Notes: generated by a model not told the origin, from the sequence alone. Counted from the stretch's first letter, positions 19,169 through 27,385 are shown. The stretch: DNA of 64,000 nt from an uncultured Alphaproteobacteria bacterium (GCA_944391725.1 CALXUQ010000001.1:17345-81344), one strand, 5' to 3'. A program made the numbers and translations.

Positions 19169-20590
19169 ATGACACTCAAATTATACAATACACTTACCCG
19201 CTCGGTTGAAGAGCTCAAACCGTCTAACCCTGATCATGTGGTAAGAATGTACTGTTGTGGCCCGACTGTATATAACTATGCGCACATTGGCAACCTCCGC
19301 ACTTACGTATTTGAGGATATTCTACGCAAAACCATCAAACGTGCCGGTTTTGCCCTCAAACACGCCATGAACATTACCGATGTCGGACACTTAACCAGCG
19401 ACGCCGATGAAGGTGACGACAAAATGCTCCTGGCCGCTGAAAAAGAAAAGCTAAGTGTTTTAGAGATTGCTCGCAAATATGAAGATACCTTTTTCAAACA
19501 TACCGCTGCCTTAAACATTGAGCGCCCCGATATTGTCTGCCGTGCCACCGAGCATGTGGAAGATATGATTAAGTTTATCAAAAAACTTGAAGACAACGGC
19601 TATGCTTATGTTTCTAATGGCAACGTGTATTATGACACTGCCAAGTTTCCACGTTACGGCTGCCTATCTGGCCAAAACCGTGAAGATTTGAAACATGGCT
19701 CACGTGTTGAGCAAGACACCAACAAACGCAACCCGTCAGATTTTGTCCTCTGGTTTACCATCTCCAAGTTCAAAGATCAAATTTTGCAGTGGGATTCGCC
19801 TTGGGGTCGCGGCTATCCCGGCTGGCATATTGAGTGCTCCACCATGGCCATGAAATATTTAGGCGAACATTTGGACATTCACTGCGGCGGCGTAGACCAT
19901 ATTGCCGTCCACCACGAAAACGAGATTGCCCAAAGCGAAGGCTACCTCGGACACAAATGGTGCAATTGCTGGATGCATGGTGAATTTTTGCAAATGAAAG
20001 ACCAAAAGATGTCCAAATCCAAAGGTAATTTTATTACCCTTGATACTTTGGTCGAGAAAGGCTACTTGCCGGAGCACTATCGTTATTTGTGCTTGACCTC
20101 GCATTACCGTTCATCTTTGGTTTTCTCTTACGACAACCTCGATGCCGCGGCCAATACTTATCGCAATCTGCTCAACAAATACAAAGAGTTCGGCCAGGCA
20201 AATGATGGTAGTTCTGAGCGCTCGGAAGAACTTTATACCAAATATCTCGAGGAATTTGATAGCTATATGTTTGATGACCTCAAAACCCCGCAGGCTTTAG
20301 CTGTGATGTGGGCTGTCATCAAAGATAAAGAAATGAGCGCTCAAGACAAGTTCAAGTTTTTAAACAACATTGATGTCTTACTAGGTTTAGGCTTGGCTAA
20401 AAACTTGGCTCTTGAAAATGCGCAAAACACCGAAATTCCGGCCGAGATTATGGCTTTGGTTGAGGAGCGCAAGCAAGCCCGCCTCAACAAAGATTGGGCC
20501 AAATCTGATGAAATACGTGATTTGTTAGCTTCCAAAGGGTTCATTGTTAAAGACCTGCCCAAAAACGAAGTCGAAATTTCGATTGCTTAA
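19169..20590 (+). CDS. cysS: Cysteine--tRNA ligase
   Basis: MTLKLYNTLTR start at the 19169 ATG. HIGN (AHIGNLRTY) and KMSKS motifs. Confidence 0.95.
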   Translation: MTLKLYNTLTRSVEELKPSNPDHVVRMYCCGPTVYNYAHIGNLRTYVFEDILRKTIKRAGFALKHAMNITDVGHLTSDADEGDDKMLLAAEKEKLSVLEIARKYEDTFFKHTAALNIERPDIVCRATEHVEDMIKFIKKLEDNGYAYVSNGNVYYDTAKFPRYGCLSGQNREDLKHGSRVEQDTNKRNPSDFVLWFTISKFKDQILQWDSPWGRGYPGWHIECSTMAMKYLGEHLDIHCGGVDHIAVHHENEIAQSEGYLGHKWCNCWMHGEFLQMKDQKMSKSKGNFITLDTLVEKGYLPEHYRYLCLTSHYRSSLVFSYDNLDAAANTYRNLLNKYKEFGQANDGSSERSEELYTKYLEEFDSYMFDDLKTPQALAVMWAVIKDKEMSAQDKFKFLNNIDVLLGLGLAKNLALENAQNTEIPAEIMALVEERKQARLNKDWAKSDEIRDLLASKGFIVKDLPKNEVEISIA

Positions 20591-20610
20591 AGATAAAACA
20601 AGCAAAGACA

Positions 20611-20642
20611 AAAAAGAACCCGCTCATGGGTTCTTTTTTTTT
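20611..20642 (+). terminator. Rho-independent terminator of cysS
   Basis: AGAACCC-gctcat-GGGTTCT followed by a T-run. Confidence 0.8.
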
Positions 20643-20665
20643 ACACCTGCCAAGATTTGAAACTA

Positions 20666-20694
20666 TTGACAGGTTTTGTCCGATAAAGTATTTA
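20666..20694 (+). promoter_or_regulatory. Predicted sigma70-type promoter
   Basis: TTGACA, 17-nt spacer, TATTTA. About 45 nt upstream of the 20740 ATG. Confidence 0.4.
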
Positions 20695-20739
20695 TAAATA
20701 CAAATACTTAATTATTAACTTTTTAAATTTATCACAATT

Positions 20740-21120
20740 ATGAAACTAACATCAGAGGAAGTTACCCGCGTTTTCAAAGAATGCCTTTTAGATTCTTCCG
20801 ACAAAAAAACATCCGAAATTATCGTTGCCCATGGAATTATTCACCGTGCATATTTTTCACAATGCGCCATTGAAAAGAATAAAACCGCAATCCGCGAACT
20901 GCTTGATGAATTACCTGATAGCTTCAAAAAAGACGGTGGCGGCGGAATGTCCTTTTTGAATATGTGCGTTGACCGTCATGGCAACTACTGGACCAGCCTC
21001 CATGCAACTATGGAAAAATTGGTCATGCTGGGTCAGGCCATCGGAGCGATTGAATATAATTTACCGGCTCAATTTTGGCCTTTACTCCCCGGCGGAGTAC
21101 CGTACATATTAGTCAAATAA
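20740..21120 (+). CDS. Hypothetical protein (126 aa)
   Basis: ATG start with its own promoter-like and terminator signals. Gly-rich centre KKDGGGGMSFLNMCVDRHGNYW. Family not recognised. Confidence 0.55.
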   Translation: MKLTSEEVTRVFKECLLDSSDKKTSEIIVAHGIIHRAYFSQCAIEKNKTAIRELLDELPDSFKKDGGGGMSFLNMCVDRHGNYWTSLHATMEKLVMLGQAIGAIEYNLPAQFWPLLPGGVPYILVK

Positions 21121-21131
21121 GCTCTTTCATC

Positions 21132-21172
21132 AATCCCTGTAAGCAATTTGCTTACAGGGATTATGTTTATTT
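21132..21172 (+). terminator. Long hairpin, probable terminator
   Basis: AATCCCTGTAAGCA / TGCTTACAGGGATT near-perfect palindrome followed by a T-rich tail. Confidence 0.55.
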
Positions 21173-21332
21173 ATATTAACCATTTTTTTACCATCTACAT
21201 CTAAATTGGCATCTAGAAACCTTTGTTCAGGATTGTTTTTCCATAAGAACTATAGAAAGCGGACTTTCACCAGTATAATTTACAATTTCACGTGGTTTAT
21301 ATTCATAAGCCACTTTGACAAAGGAAAAAAAC

Positions 21333-22208
21333 ATGACCAGTAGCATTTCAAGCACCACCAATGTAGATGAAAACGGTGTCGCCGGATGGGAAAAAAACGT
21401 AACCGATGTTAACAATATTGATGAAAGTTTCGCCAATGCCCGTGACCTTGGCTATACCCGTCTTAATTATTCCCGCATCACCACCATCGCCCAGCTTGGC
21501 GAATATAACGAACGAGACATTTACAAAGTTCAGGTTCAATCTAACGGTAAATTAAGTATCAGCTTAAGAAACGAAGGCATTGAAGAAAACGTTTTAGACT
21601 TATCTAAATATGAGCAATACTTAGACGAACTCAAGCAACAACTTGACCCCGAGGGCTATACCGAAGAAGAAGCCGCCCAAAAAGCCGAACAAGAAGATAA
21701 GGCCTTACTAGAAGAAACCGCCCCCGGTATGACCTTAAAAGTATATATGGTCAAAAACGGCAAAGAAGTCTTAATTGCCGACAGCACCGCCGAAAAAGAT
21801 TCGGAAGAATATCAAAATATGACTGCCATTTTGAGTGGAGACTACCGCGCCACCAAAGGCAACTACTATATTGAAGTCGGCAAAACTGAAGACGCCGATC
21901 CTAAGGCCGACCACCCCTATGCGATGCAAATTTTACAAGGCACCACCTACAAGCACGATTACGTCATGACTCAAAGTGATTCCGCCGATACCACCAATAA
22001 AGAAATCTCGACCACTCAGGACACCTCGCTTAGTTCCACTACCGGCACCTCGGCCATATCGGCGGCCTATGCTGCTCAAATTCAGGCTGTCCGCGATGAA
22101 GGAGCCGCCAATTTACTCGCCGCCGGAGCCAGCAACTTGTCCTCACTTACCGCCGATGATAGCAGTAGCAACGCCTCCGCATTATTTTCGGCTTTGTTGT
22201 CAAACTAA
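21333..22208 (+). CDS. Hypothetical protein with Ser/Thr/Ala-rich C-terminus
   Basis: ATG at 21333 after AAAGGAAAAAAAC. N-terminal part (ANARDLGYTRL...RDIYKVQVQSNGKLSISL) weakly resembles a pre-peptidase C-terminal-type beta domain. No signal peptide seen. Confidence 0.55.
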   Translation: MTSSISSTTNVDENGVAGWEKNVTDVNNIDESFANARDLGYTRLNYSRITTIAQLGEYNERDIYKVQVQSNGKLSISLRNEGIEENVLDLSKYEQYLDELKQQLDPEGYTEEEAAQKAEQEDKALLEETAPGMTLKVYMVKNGKEVLIADSTAEKDSEEYQNMTAILSGDYRATKGNYYIEVGKTEDADPKADHPYAMQILQGTTYKHDYVMTQSDSADTTNKEISTTQDTSLSSTTGTSAISAAYAAQIQAVRDEGAANLLAAGASNLSSLTADDSSSNASALFSALLSN

Positions 22209-22252
22209 TAGCTTATAAACACTCTCTCCATCAGTTTGAGCATAAATTCCGA

Positions 22253-22308
22253 ACTCAACATAAAAAAGAGGCCGACAAGCGACCTCATTTTATGGCGTAC
22301 CCGGAGGG
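22253..22308. repeat. Direct repeat copy 1 (56 nt): last 16 nt of tRNA-Arg plus 40 nt of its downstream flank
   Basis: ACTCAACATAAAAAAGAGGCCGACAAGCGACCTCATTTTATGGCGTACCCGGAGGG is identical to 22427-22482. Confidence 0.9.
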
Positions 22309-22426
22309 CGTACTCTGCGCTCCGCTTGAGTTGCACTGGCGCTCATGAGCTAAAGCTCACCGGCGTACTCCCGTCCGCCTTTCGCTGGTAGTCGACCCAC
22401 TTTCTCGTGGGTTCAAATCCGCCGGG
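22309..22426. other. 118-nt insert between the direct repeats; carries an inverted tRNA-3'-half-like fragment
   Basis: The + strand at 22405-22426, TCGTGGGTTCAAATCCGCCGGG, resembles the sense T-arm/acceptor of the neighbouring tRNA-Arg (TCGTGGGTTCGAATCCCTCCGGG) in opposite orientation. The T stem cannot pair, and GGCGTAC occurs three times nearby. Confidence 0.6.
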
Positions 22427-22482
22427 ACTCAACATAAAAAAGAGGCCGACAAGCGACCTCATTTTATGGCGTACCCGGAGGG
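22427..22482. repeat. Direct repeat copy 2 (56 nt), overlapping the 3' end of the intact tRNA-Arg
   Basis: Identical to 22253-22308, with a 174-nt offset. Confidence 0.9.
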
Positions 22483-22543
22483 ATTCGAACCCACGACCCT
22501 TGGCGTCGGAGGCCAATACTCTATCCAACTGAGCTACGGGTAC
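22467..22543 (-). tRNA. tRNA-Arg (anticodon CCG)
   Basis: Reverse complement GTACCCGTAGCTCAGTTGGATAGAGTATTGGCCTCCGACGCCAAGGGTCGTGGGTTCGAATCCCTCCGGGTACGCCA folds as a cloverleaf. 7-bp acceptor, D arm GCTC/GAGT, anticodon stem TTGGC/GCCAA with loop CTCCGAC, T loop TTCGAAT, encoded CCA. Confidence 0.9.
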
Positions 22544-22619
22544 ATTACTATGACGAACATCTTTTACATCACTTTTTTGCAAAATACCACAAAAATTTTC
22601 AATTTTAAGCAGATTTTTC

Positions 22620-22648
22620 TTGACTTCTCCGTCAAATATGACTATTAA
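22620..22648 (+). promoter_or_regulatory. Predicted sigma70-type promoter of rpmB
   Basis: TTGACT, 17-nt spacer, TATTAA. Confidence 0.45.
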
Positions 22649-22694
22649 CAAGCCAACAGGTTTATTTTATTGATTAATCATAAGGATAATAACA

Positions 22695-22988
22695 ATGTCT
22701 AAAAAATGTGATATCGCAGGCACCGGTGCACAGAGCGGAAACAACGTCAGCCACGCTAACAACCGCACTCGCCGTCGTTTTCTGCCCAACCTGCAAAGTG
22801 TTTCTCTCTTGAGCGAAACTCTGGGCAAAATTTTCAAATTAAAAGTTTGCTCCAAGACCCTGCGTTCCATTGAGCACAATGGCGGTTTGGATGCTTACTT
22901 GGAAAAAACATCTAACACTAAATTGACTGATGAAGCTAAAAAAATCAAAAAAACCATTGCTAAAAGCAAAGCTTCTGCTCAAAAATAA
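22695..22988 (+). CDS. rpmB: 50S ribosomal protein L28
   Basis: MSKKCDIAGTGAQSGNNVSHANNRTRRRFLPNLQ is a typical L28 N-terminus. Confidence 0.95.
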   Translation: MSKKCDIAGTGAQSGNNVSHANNRTRRRFLPNLQSVSLLSETLGKIFKLKVCSKTLRSIEHNGGLDAYLEKTSNTKLTDEAKKIKKTIAKSKASAQK

Positions 22989-23010
22989 TTAATAAAAATA
23001 GTCAGTTTTA

Positions 23011-23041
23011 AAGAGAACCTTTTTTAAGGTTCTCTTTTTTT
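23011..23041 (+). terminator. Rho-independent terminator of rpmB
   Basis: AAGAGAACCTT-tttt-AAGGTTCTCTT followed by TTTTT. Confidence 0.85.
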
Positions 23042-23057
23042 ATCCCCATTATCCCCA
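23040..23057 (+). promoter_or_regulatory. Two tandem DnaA-box-like 9-mers upstream of dnaB
   Basis: TTATCCCCA TTATCCCCA, each 8/9 to TTATCCACA. TATAAA lies at 23070-23075, so the boxes fall over the expected -35 region. Confidence 0.3.
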
Positions 23058-23139
23058 CAATTCACAGGGTATAAAAAATTTCTACCTAGGCTTTTTCCAA
23101 AAACTTGTTTATAAGAAGGTCAACAGAAAGGATAGAACT

Positions 23140-24615
23140 ATGGAAAATCTCGAGATCACCCAACTCCCCCAAAACATTGAAGCCGAACAAGCCCTGCTCG
23201 GCGCCTTGCTGGCCAATAATAAAGCTTTTGAGAAAGTTTCCGAGTTTCTAAAACCTCAACACTTTGCCGACCCCATTCATGGCAAAATCTATGAGATTAT
23301 CTCCAAGCTCATCACTCGCGGCCACGTTGCCGATGTCATCACCTTAAAAAACTACTTTGAACAAGAAGGTATATTAGAAGAACTCGGTGGTTATAAATAC
23401 TTAATTAAACTTGCCGATAGTTCTTCTCCGCTCACCAATGCCGAGTACTATGCTCAGTTTATTTATGATAAATACTTGCGCCGCCAACTGATTGCCACCG
23501 GCTTTGAAATTGTTAATGATGCCGCCAAAGAAGATATCGATTCGGACGCCATGTCTCAAATTGAGACCGCCGAAAAGAAACTTTTTGACTTAGCCAACAT
23601 TGGCGAAACTCAAGGCGGATTCCAAGACTTTGCCACTGCGCTGAACACCTCTTTGACCAACATTGAAGCCGCTTACCAAAGTGATGGTAAATTATCCGGA
23701 CTGCCCACCGCCTTAGATGCCTTAGATAACAAAACCGGCGGCTTGAACAATTCCGACCTCATCATCATTGCCGGACGTCCGGCCATGGGTAAAACCGCTT
23801 TGGCCACTAATATTGCTTATAATGTGGCTGATTATATGTATCATGCCAAAGACATCGACCCCAAAAACAAAGGGGTTGCCTTTTTCTCCCTCGAAATGTC
23901 GGCAGACCAGCTGGCCAGCCGTGTGTTAGCGACCGTCACCCAAACCAATGCGCACAAGATGCGCACCGGAGAACTGGAAAAAGCCGAATTTATGCGCATT
24001 GCCGCCGCCGTTCAGGAGTTAGAGAATATCCCGCTATATATTGATGATACTCCTGGTTTGAGCATTAACTCGATTCGCACTCGCGCCCGCCGCCTCAAAC
24101 GCAACAAAGGTTTAGGCGCCATTGTAATTGACTATATCCAGCTGATTGTAGGCTCCGGCAGCAAAAAAACCGAAGGCAACCGCGTTCAAGAATTGTCTGA
24201 AATCTCGCGCGGATTAAAGATTTTAGCTAAAGAATTAAACCTTCCGGTCATTGCTTTGTCACAGCTCAACCGTGGTGTAGAACAGCGCGATGACAAACGT
24301 CCGGTCATGTCTGACTTGCGTGAATCCGGCTCCATCGAGCAAGACGCCGATAGCGTAATGTTTGTGTACCGTGAAAATTACTACATTCAGAACGAAGAAC
24401 CCCAACCCAAAGCCAGTGAGACCCCTGAACACTTTGCCAAACGCCATGAAGAATGGGAAGCCCGCGTCCGTGCCACTACCAATCTTGCCGAGGTCATCAT
24501 CGGCAAAAACCGCCATGGCTCTACCGGAACCGTTCAACTGTTTTGGAATGGCGAATACACTCAGTTTGGCAACCTCGCCAAAGAAGAATACCTGCCCGAG
24601 AGAATTGGCGACTAG
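23140..24615 (+). CDS. dnaB: Replicative DNA helicase DnaB
   Basis: 491 aa. N-terminal PQNIEAEQALLGALL. Walker A GRPAMGKT. C-terminal RecA-like domain. Confidence 0.95.
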   Translation: MENLEITQLPQNIEAEQALLGALLANNKAFEKVSEFLKPQHFADPIHGKIYEIISKLITRGHVADVITLKNYFEQEGILEELGGYKYLIKLADSSSPLTNAEYYAQFIYDKYLRRQLIATGFEIVNDAAKEDIDSDAMSQIETAEKKLFDLANIGETQGGFQDFATALNTSLTNIEAAYQSDGKLSGLPTALDALDNKTGGLNNSDLIIIAGRPAMGKTALATNIAYNVADYMYHAKDIDPKNKGVAFFSLEMSADQLASRVLATVTQTNAHKMRTGELEKAEFMRIAAAVQELENIPLYIDDTPGLSINSIRTRARRLKRNKGLGAIVIDYIQLIVGSGSKKTEGNRVQELSEISRGLKILAKELNLPVIALSQLNRGVEQRDDKRPVMSDLRESGSIEQDADSVMFVYRENYYIQNEEPQPKASETPEHFAKRHEEWEARVRATTNLAEVIIGKNRHGSTGTVQLFWNGEYTQFGNLAKEEYLPERIGD

Positions 24616-24863
24616 TCTTTCGTTTCCTTAAGCTCCGTTTCAGCCCGATATTCCTGAGAGCAGCAGCCGTTAGTAGAACACTGAGCCGAATATGTTCCTG
24701 AGCTAAAACTCTGCCCCGGAGCAATTTGCGGAGCATCAAGCTCGCCTCGTTCAATTTCTTGGCGCATTTTTTCGAGCTTCTGGCGCTTACCCTCACAACA
24801 AGCACAACCTGAACTTTGCACCGGAGTCTGCAATAGCATTTTAGCCAACCATCCAAACATCAT
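24612..24863 (-). CDS. Small Cys-rich hypothetical protein (83 aa)
   Basis: ATGATG start at 24863/24860 with AAGGAAAT RBS. MMFGWLAKMLLQ...SSGCACCEGK...AQCSTNGCCSQE. The listed ORF 24612..25040 extends upstream over the ycgN-like start and is unlikely to be used. Confidence 0.45.
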   Translation of the reverse strand: MMFGWLAKMLLQTPVQSSGCACCEGKRQKLEKMRQEIERGELDAPQIAPGQSFSSGTYSAQCSTNGCCSQEYRAETELKETKD

Positions 24864-24924
24864 ATTTCCTTTCCATTTTAAATTTATTATAATATAATCA
24901 CCAAAAATTAAAAAAGGGAAAACA

Positions 24925-25356
24925 ATGTCAAACCGTTTTTGGGAAGAAAAAGATTTAGCCGACTTCACCGAGGAAGAATGGGAAGCAATCTGCATGAACT
25001 GCGGCAAATGCTGCCTCATCAAACTCCAAGATGAAGACACTGAAGATATTTACTATACCAAAGTCACCTGCCGCTATTTTGATAAAGAGCACTGCAAATG
25101 CAGCGAATATCAAAACCGCTGTACTTTAGTACCGGCTTGCCTAAAGCTCACCAAAGACAACTTGGGAAATATCCCTTGGATGCCCAAGACTTGCGCTTAT
25201 CGCACTTTGTATGAAAGCAAAACCCTTCCGGCCTGGCATCCCTTGCTCACCGGCAAAAAAGATGATAATCACAGCATTAAAAATTTTTGTGTTAACGAAA
25301 AAGAAATCAATCCGGACGATATTGAAGATTATATCATTGATTGGGACGAACTATGA
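24925..25356 (+). CDS. UPF0260/YcgN-like cysteine-cluster protein, paralog 1
   Basis: CMNCGKCCLIKL...CRYFD...CKCSEYQNR...WMPKTCAYR...LPAWHPLLTG is typical of the YcgN (YkgJ-type CxxCxxCC) family. Confidence 0.8.
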   Translation: MSNRFWEEKDLADFTEEEWEAICMNCGKCCLIKLQDEDTEDIYYTKVTCRYFDKEHCKCSEYQNRCTLVPACLKLTKDNLGNIPWMPKTCAYRTLYESKTLPAWHPLLTGKKDDNHSIKNFCVNEKEINPDDIEDYIIDWDEL

Positions 25357-25859
25357 ACCAAAAATCGCCTTCTTTTGCCACCGAATACGACCCGCAAAGC
25401 CGCTACGATGATTTAGCACGCTTTGAGCCCGAATTTTGGAAAAAAAAGAAACTTGAACAAATGAGCAAAGCAGAATGGGAGCTGTTGTGTGACGGTTGTG
25501 GTAAATGCTGCCTTAATAAAATTGAGATTAAAGGCAAAATCAAATTTACCAATACCCGCTGTCGCTTTCTGAACTGCGATAACTGCCTTTGCCGCATTTA
25601 CGACCACCGCTTTGAGGTTGTTCCCGATTGCCGCAACATTACCTTAGAGGCCGTCCGCGAAAAACCGCGCTGGTTGCCCAAAACCTGTGCTTATTGGCTG
25701 TTAGACAATGGCTACGATTTGCCCGCTTGGCACCCCTTAATTACCAAACGAGCCGATTCCGTCCACCAAGCCCATATGTCACTTCAAGGCCGCGATGTTA
25801 TATCCGAAACCGAGGTAAAAAATTATGAAGATCACCTTATTGACTGGCCGGACCTTTGA
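25353..25859 (+). CDS. UPF0260/YcgN-like cysteine-cluster protein, paralog 2
   Basis: The ATG at 25353 overlaps the paralog 1 stop (ATGA). CDGCGKCCLNKI...CRFLN...CLCRIYDHR...WLPKTCAYW...LPAWHPLIT. Confidence 0.8.
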   Translation: MNQKSPSFATEYDPQSRYDDLARFEPEFWKKKKLEQMSKAEWELLCDGCGKCCLNKIEIKGKIKFTNTRCRFLNCDNCLCRIYDHRFEVVPDCRNITLEAVREKPRWLPKTCAYWLLDNGYDLPAWHPLITKRADSVHQAHMSLQGRDVISETEVKNYEDHLIDWPDL

Positions 25860-26535
25860 CTTTGAGGCCGCATTAGGGTTTGAGATAAAAGTTACCCGTT
25901 CACCCTTGGCCCGCAAGCTCACCCTCCGTATTGATACCAAAGACCGACTGCCCGCACTGACGATTCCCAAATATTGCAGCAACAAAAAAGCAGTTGAATT
26001 TGTGCGCGCACATCAAAGTTGGATTGCCGAAACTCTGGAAAAATTGCCGCCTTCTCGCAGTTTTGAAGATGGCGAACATATCACCTTGTTTGGCAAAGAA
26101 TATCAAATTTGCCACCAACCGGAGGCCCGCAGTGGTGAATATACCCGCTCTGGTATATTGTATGTATCCGGAGAGGCTGATTTTCTACACCGTCGGGTTA
26201 AAGATTTCATCAAGAAAAAAGCTGCCGACGAGTTTTACAAACGCTCCTGCCGCATGGCCGAAAAGCTCGGTTGTGAGGTGCATGATATCTGCATTAAAGA
26301 TACCAAATCGCGCTGGGGCAGCTGTTCCAGCCGCAATAATATAAATTACAACTGGCGCATTTCCTTAGCGCCCAACTTTGTAATTAACTACCTCATTGCT
26401 CATGAGGTTGCGCATTTACTGCATCAGGATCATTCACCGGAATTTTGGGACACGGTCAAACAACTTTACCCCCGTTATAAACAAGGCCGCGACTGGCTCA
26501 AAGAAAATGGCCGCCTCTTATATTCTTATCGATAA
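25825..26535 (+). CDS. YgjP-like (DUF45) zinc metallohydrolase
   Basis: WGSCSSRNNINYNWRISLAP...IAHEVAHLLHQDHSPEFW (HExxH). Overlaps the upstream gene by 35 nt. Confidence 0.8.
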   Translation: MKITLLTGRTFDFEAALGFEIKVTRSPLARKLTLRIDTKDRLPALTIPKYCSNKKAVEFVRAHQSWIAETLEKLPPSRSFEDGEHITLFGKEYQICHQPEARSGEYTRSGILYVSGEADFLHRRVKDFIKKKAADEFYKRSCRMAEKLGCEVHDICIKDTKSRWGSCSSRNNINYNWRISLAPNFVINYLIAHEVAHLLHQDHSPEFWDTVKQLYPRYKQGRDWLKENGRLLYSYR

Positions 26536-26621
26536 TCCCAAGTCTGCTATAAGCCCTATTGATTTTGAGCTCAAAAATTTCTATATTAAATAGCAGTAGA
26601 AATCAGAGGAGAAAATACACA

Positions 26622-27332
26622 ATGGAAAATAAAAGTTTTGCTCGTCCGACCGCCTCGGCGATTGTTGATGAGGGCTTACGTCAATATATGATGAAAGTAT
26701 ACAACTTCATGGCCGGTGGCTTGTGCATCACCGCCCTGGTTGCATATCTAATTGCCAATACTTCACTGCAAGGCCTGTTTTTTGGTCCCAAAGGTATGAC
26801 CGGACTCGGCTGGTTGGCATTTCTTTCTCCCTTCATTATGGTCTTTGCCTTTGGTTGGGTTGTTTCGCGGGGCACTGCCGCCCAAACCCGACTGGCATTC
26901 TGGGTCTTTTCCGGATTAATGGGTGCATCGCTTTCCCCGATTTTGATGGTCTATACCGGAGAAAGTGTCACTAAGATTTTCCTAATCAGCGCAGCTATGT
27001 TTGGCGCCATGAGCCTCTATGGTTACACCACCAAAAAAGACCTCACCGCCATTGGCTCGTTTATGATTATGGGTGTCTGGGGGATTGTGATTGCCTCTTT
27101 GGTAAATATGTTTTTGCAAAGCAGTGGTTTGTCATATGCCATTTCCTTCATTGCGGTTATCGCTTTCACCGCTTTGACCGCCTATGACACTCAAAACATC
27201 CGCCAAATGTATTATGCCGAAGACATTGACGAAATTGCTTCCAAGAAGGCTGTTGCCGGAGCATTGAGTTTGTATATGGATTTCATTAACATTTTTATAG
27301 CCTTGCTCAACTTGTTTGGCGACCGTCGTTAA
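26622..27332 (+). CDS. Bax inhibitor-1/YccA family membrane protein
   Basis: ATG at 26622 after AGAGGAG. MENKSFARP...LRQYMMKVYNFMAGGL, with about 7 TM segments. Confidence 0.85.
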   Translation: MENKSFARPTASAIVDEGLRQYMMKVYNFMAGGLCITALVAYLIANTSLQGLFFGPKGMTGLGWLAFLSPFIMVFAFGWVVSRGTAAQTRLAFWVFSGLMGASLSPILMVYTGESVTKIFLISAAMFGAMSLYGYTTKKDLTAIGSFMIMGVWGIVIASLVNMFLQSSGLSYAISFIAVIAFTALTAYDTQNIRQMYYAEDIDEIASKKAVAGALSLYMDFINIFIALLNLFGDRR

Positions 27333-27349
27333 AGCTAAAAGTCTTGTTT

Positions 27350-27374
27350 AAGCCTCCTTCGGGAGGCTTTTTTA
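27350..27374 (+). terminator. Rho-independent terminator
   Basis: AGCCTCC-ttcg-GGAGGCT followed by TTTTT. Confidence 0.85.
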
Positions 27375-27385
27375 ATAAAAAAATA

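Noticed and set aside
22309-22426. GGTTCAAATCC T-loop-like sequence as a second functional tRNA or the acceptor piece of a two-piece tmRNA
   Set aside because: The flanking T-stem strands GTGGG and CCGCC pair at only three of five positions. No complementary 5' acceptor strand or CCA end is present, no tag reading frame lies nearby, and the candidate is too short (about 59 nt between the only pairing ends).
22343-22651. 102-aa minus-strand ORF and 60-aa plus-strand ORF across the tRNA locus
   Set aside because: They run through the tRNA-Arg gene and the direct repeats, so the translation simply reads tRNA sequence (GFESLRVR, GFEPT).
24521-24856. 111-aa minus-strand ORF overlapping the dnaB 3' end
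   Set aside because: It would overlap dnaB by about 95 nt and lacks an RBS. The alternative frame 24612..24863 has an ATG plus AAGGAAAT and only a 4-nt overlap.
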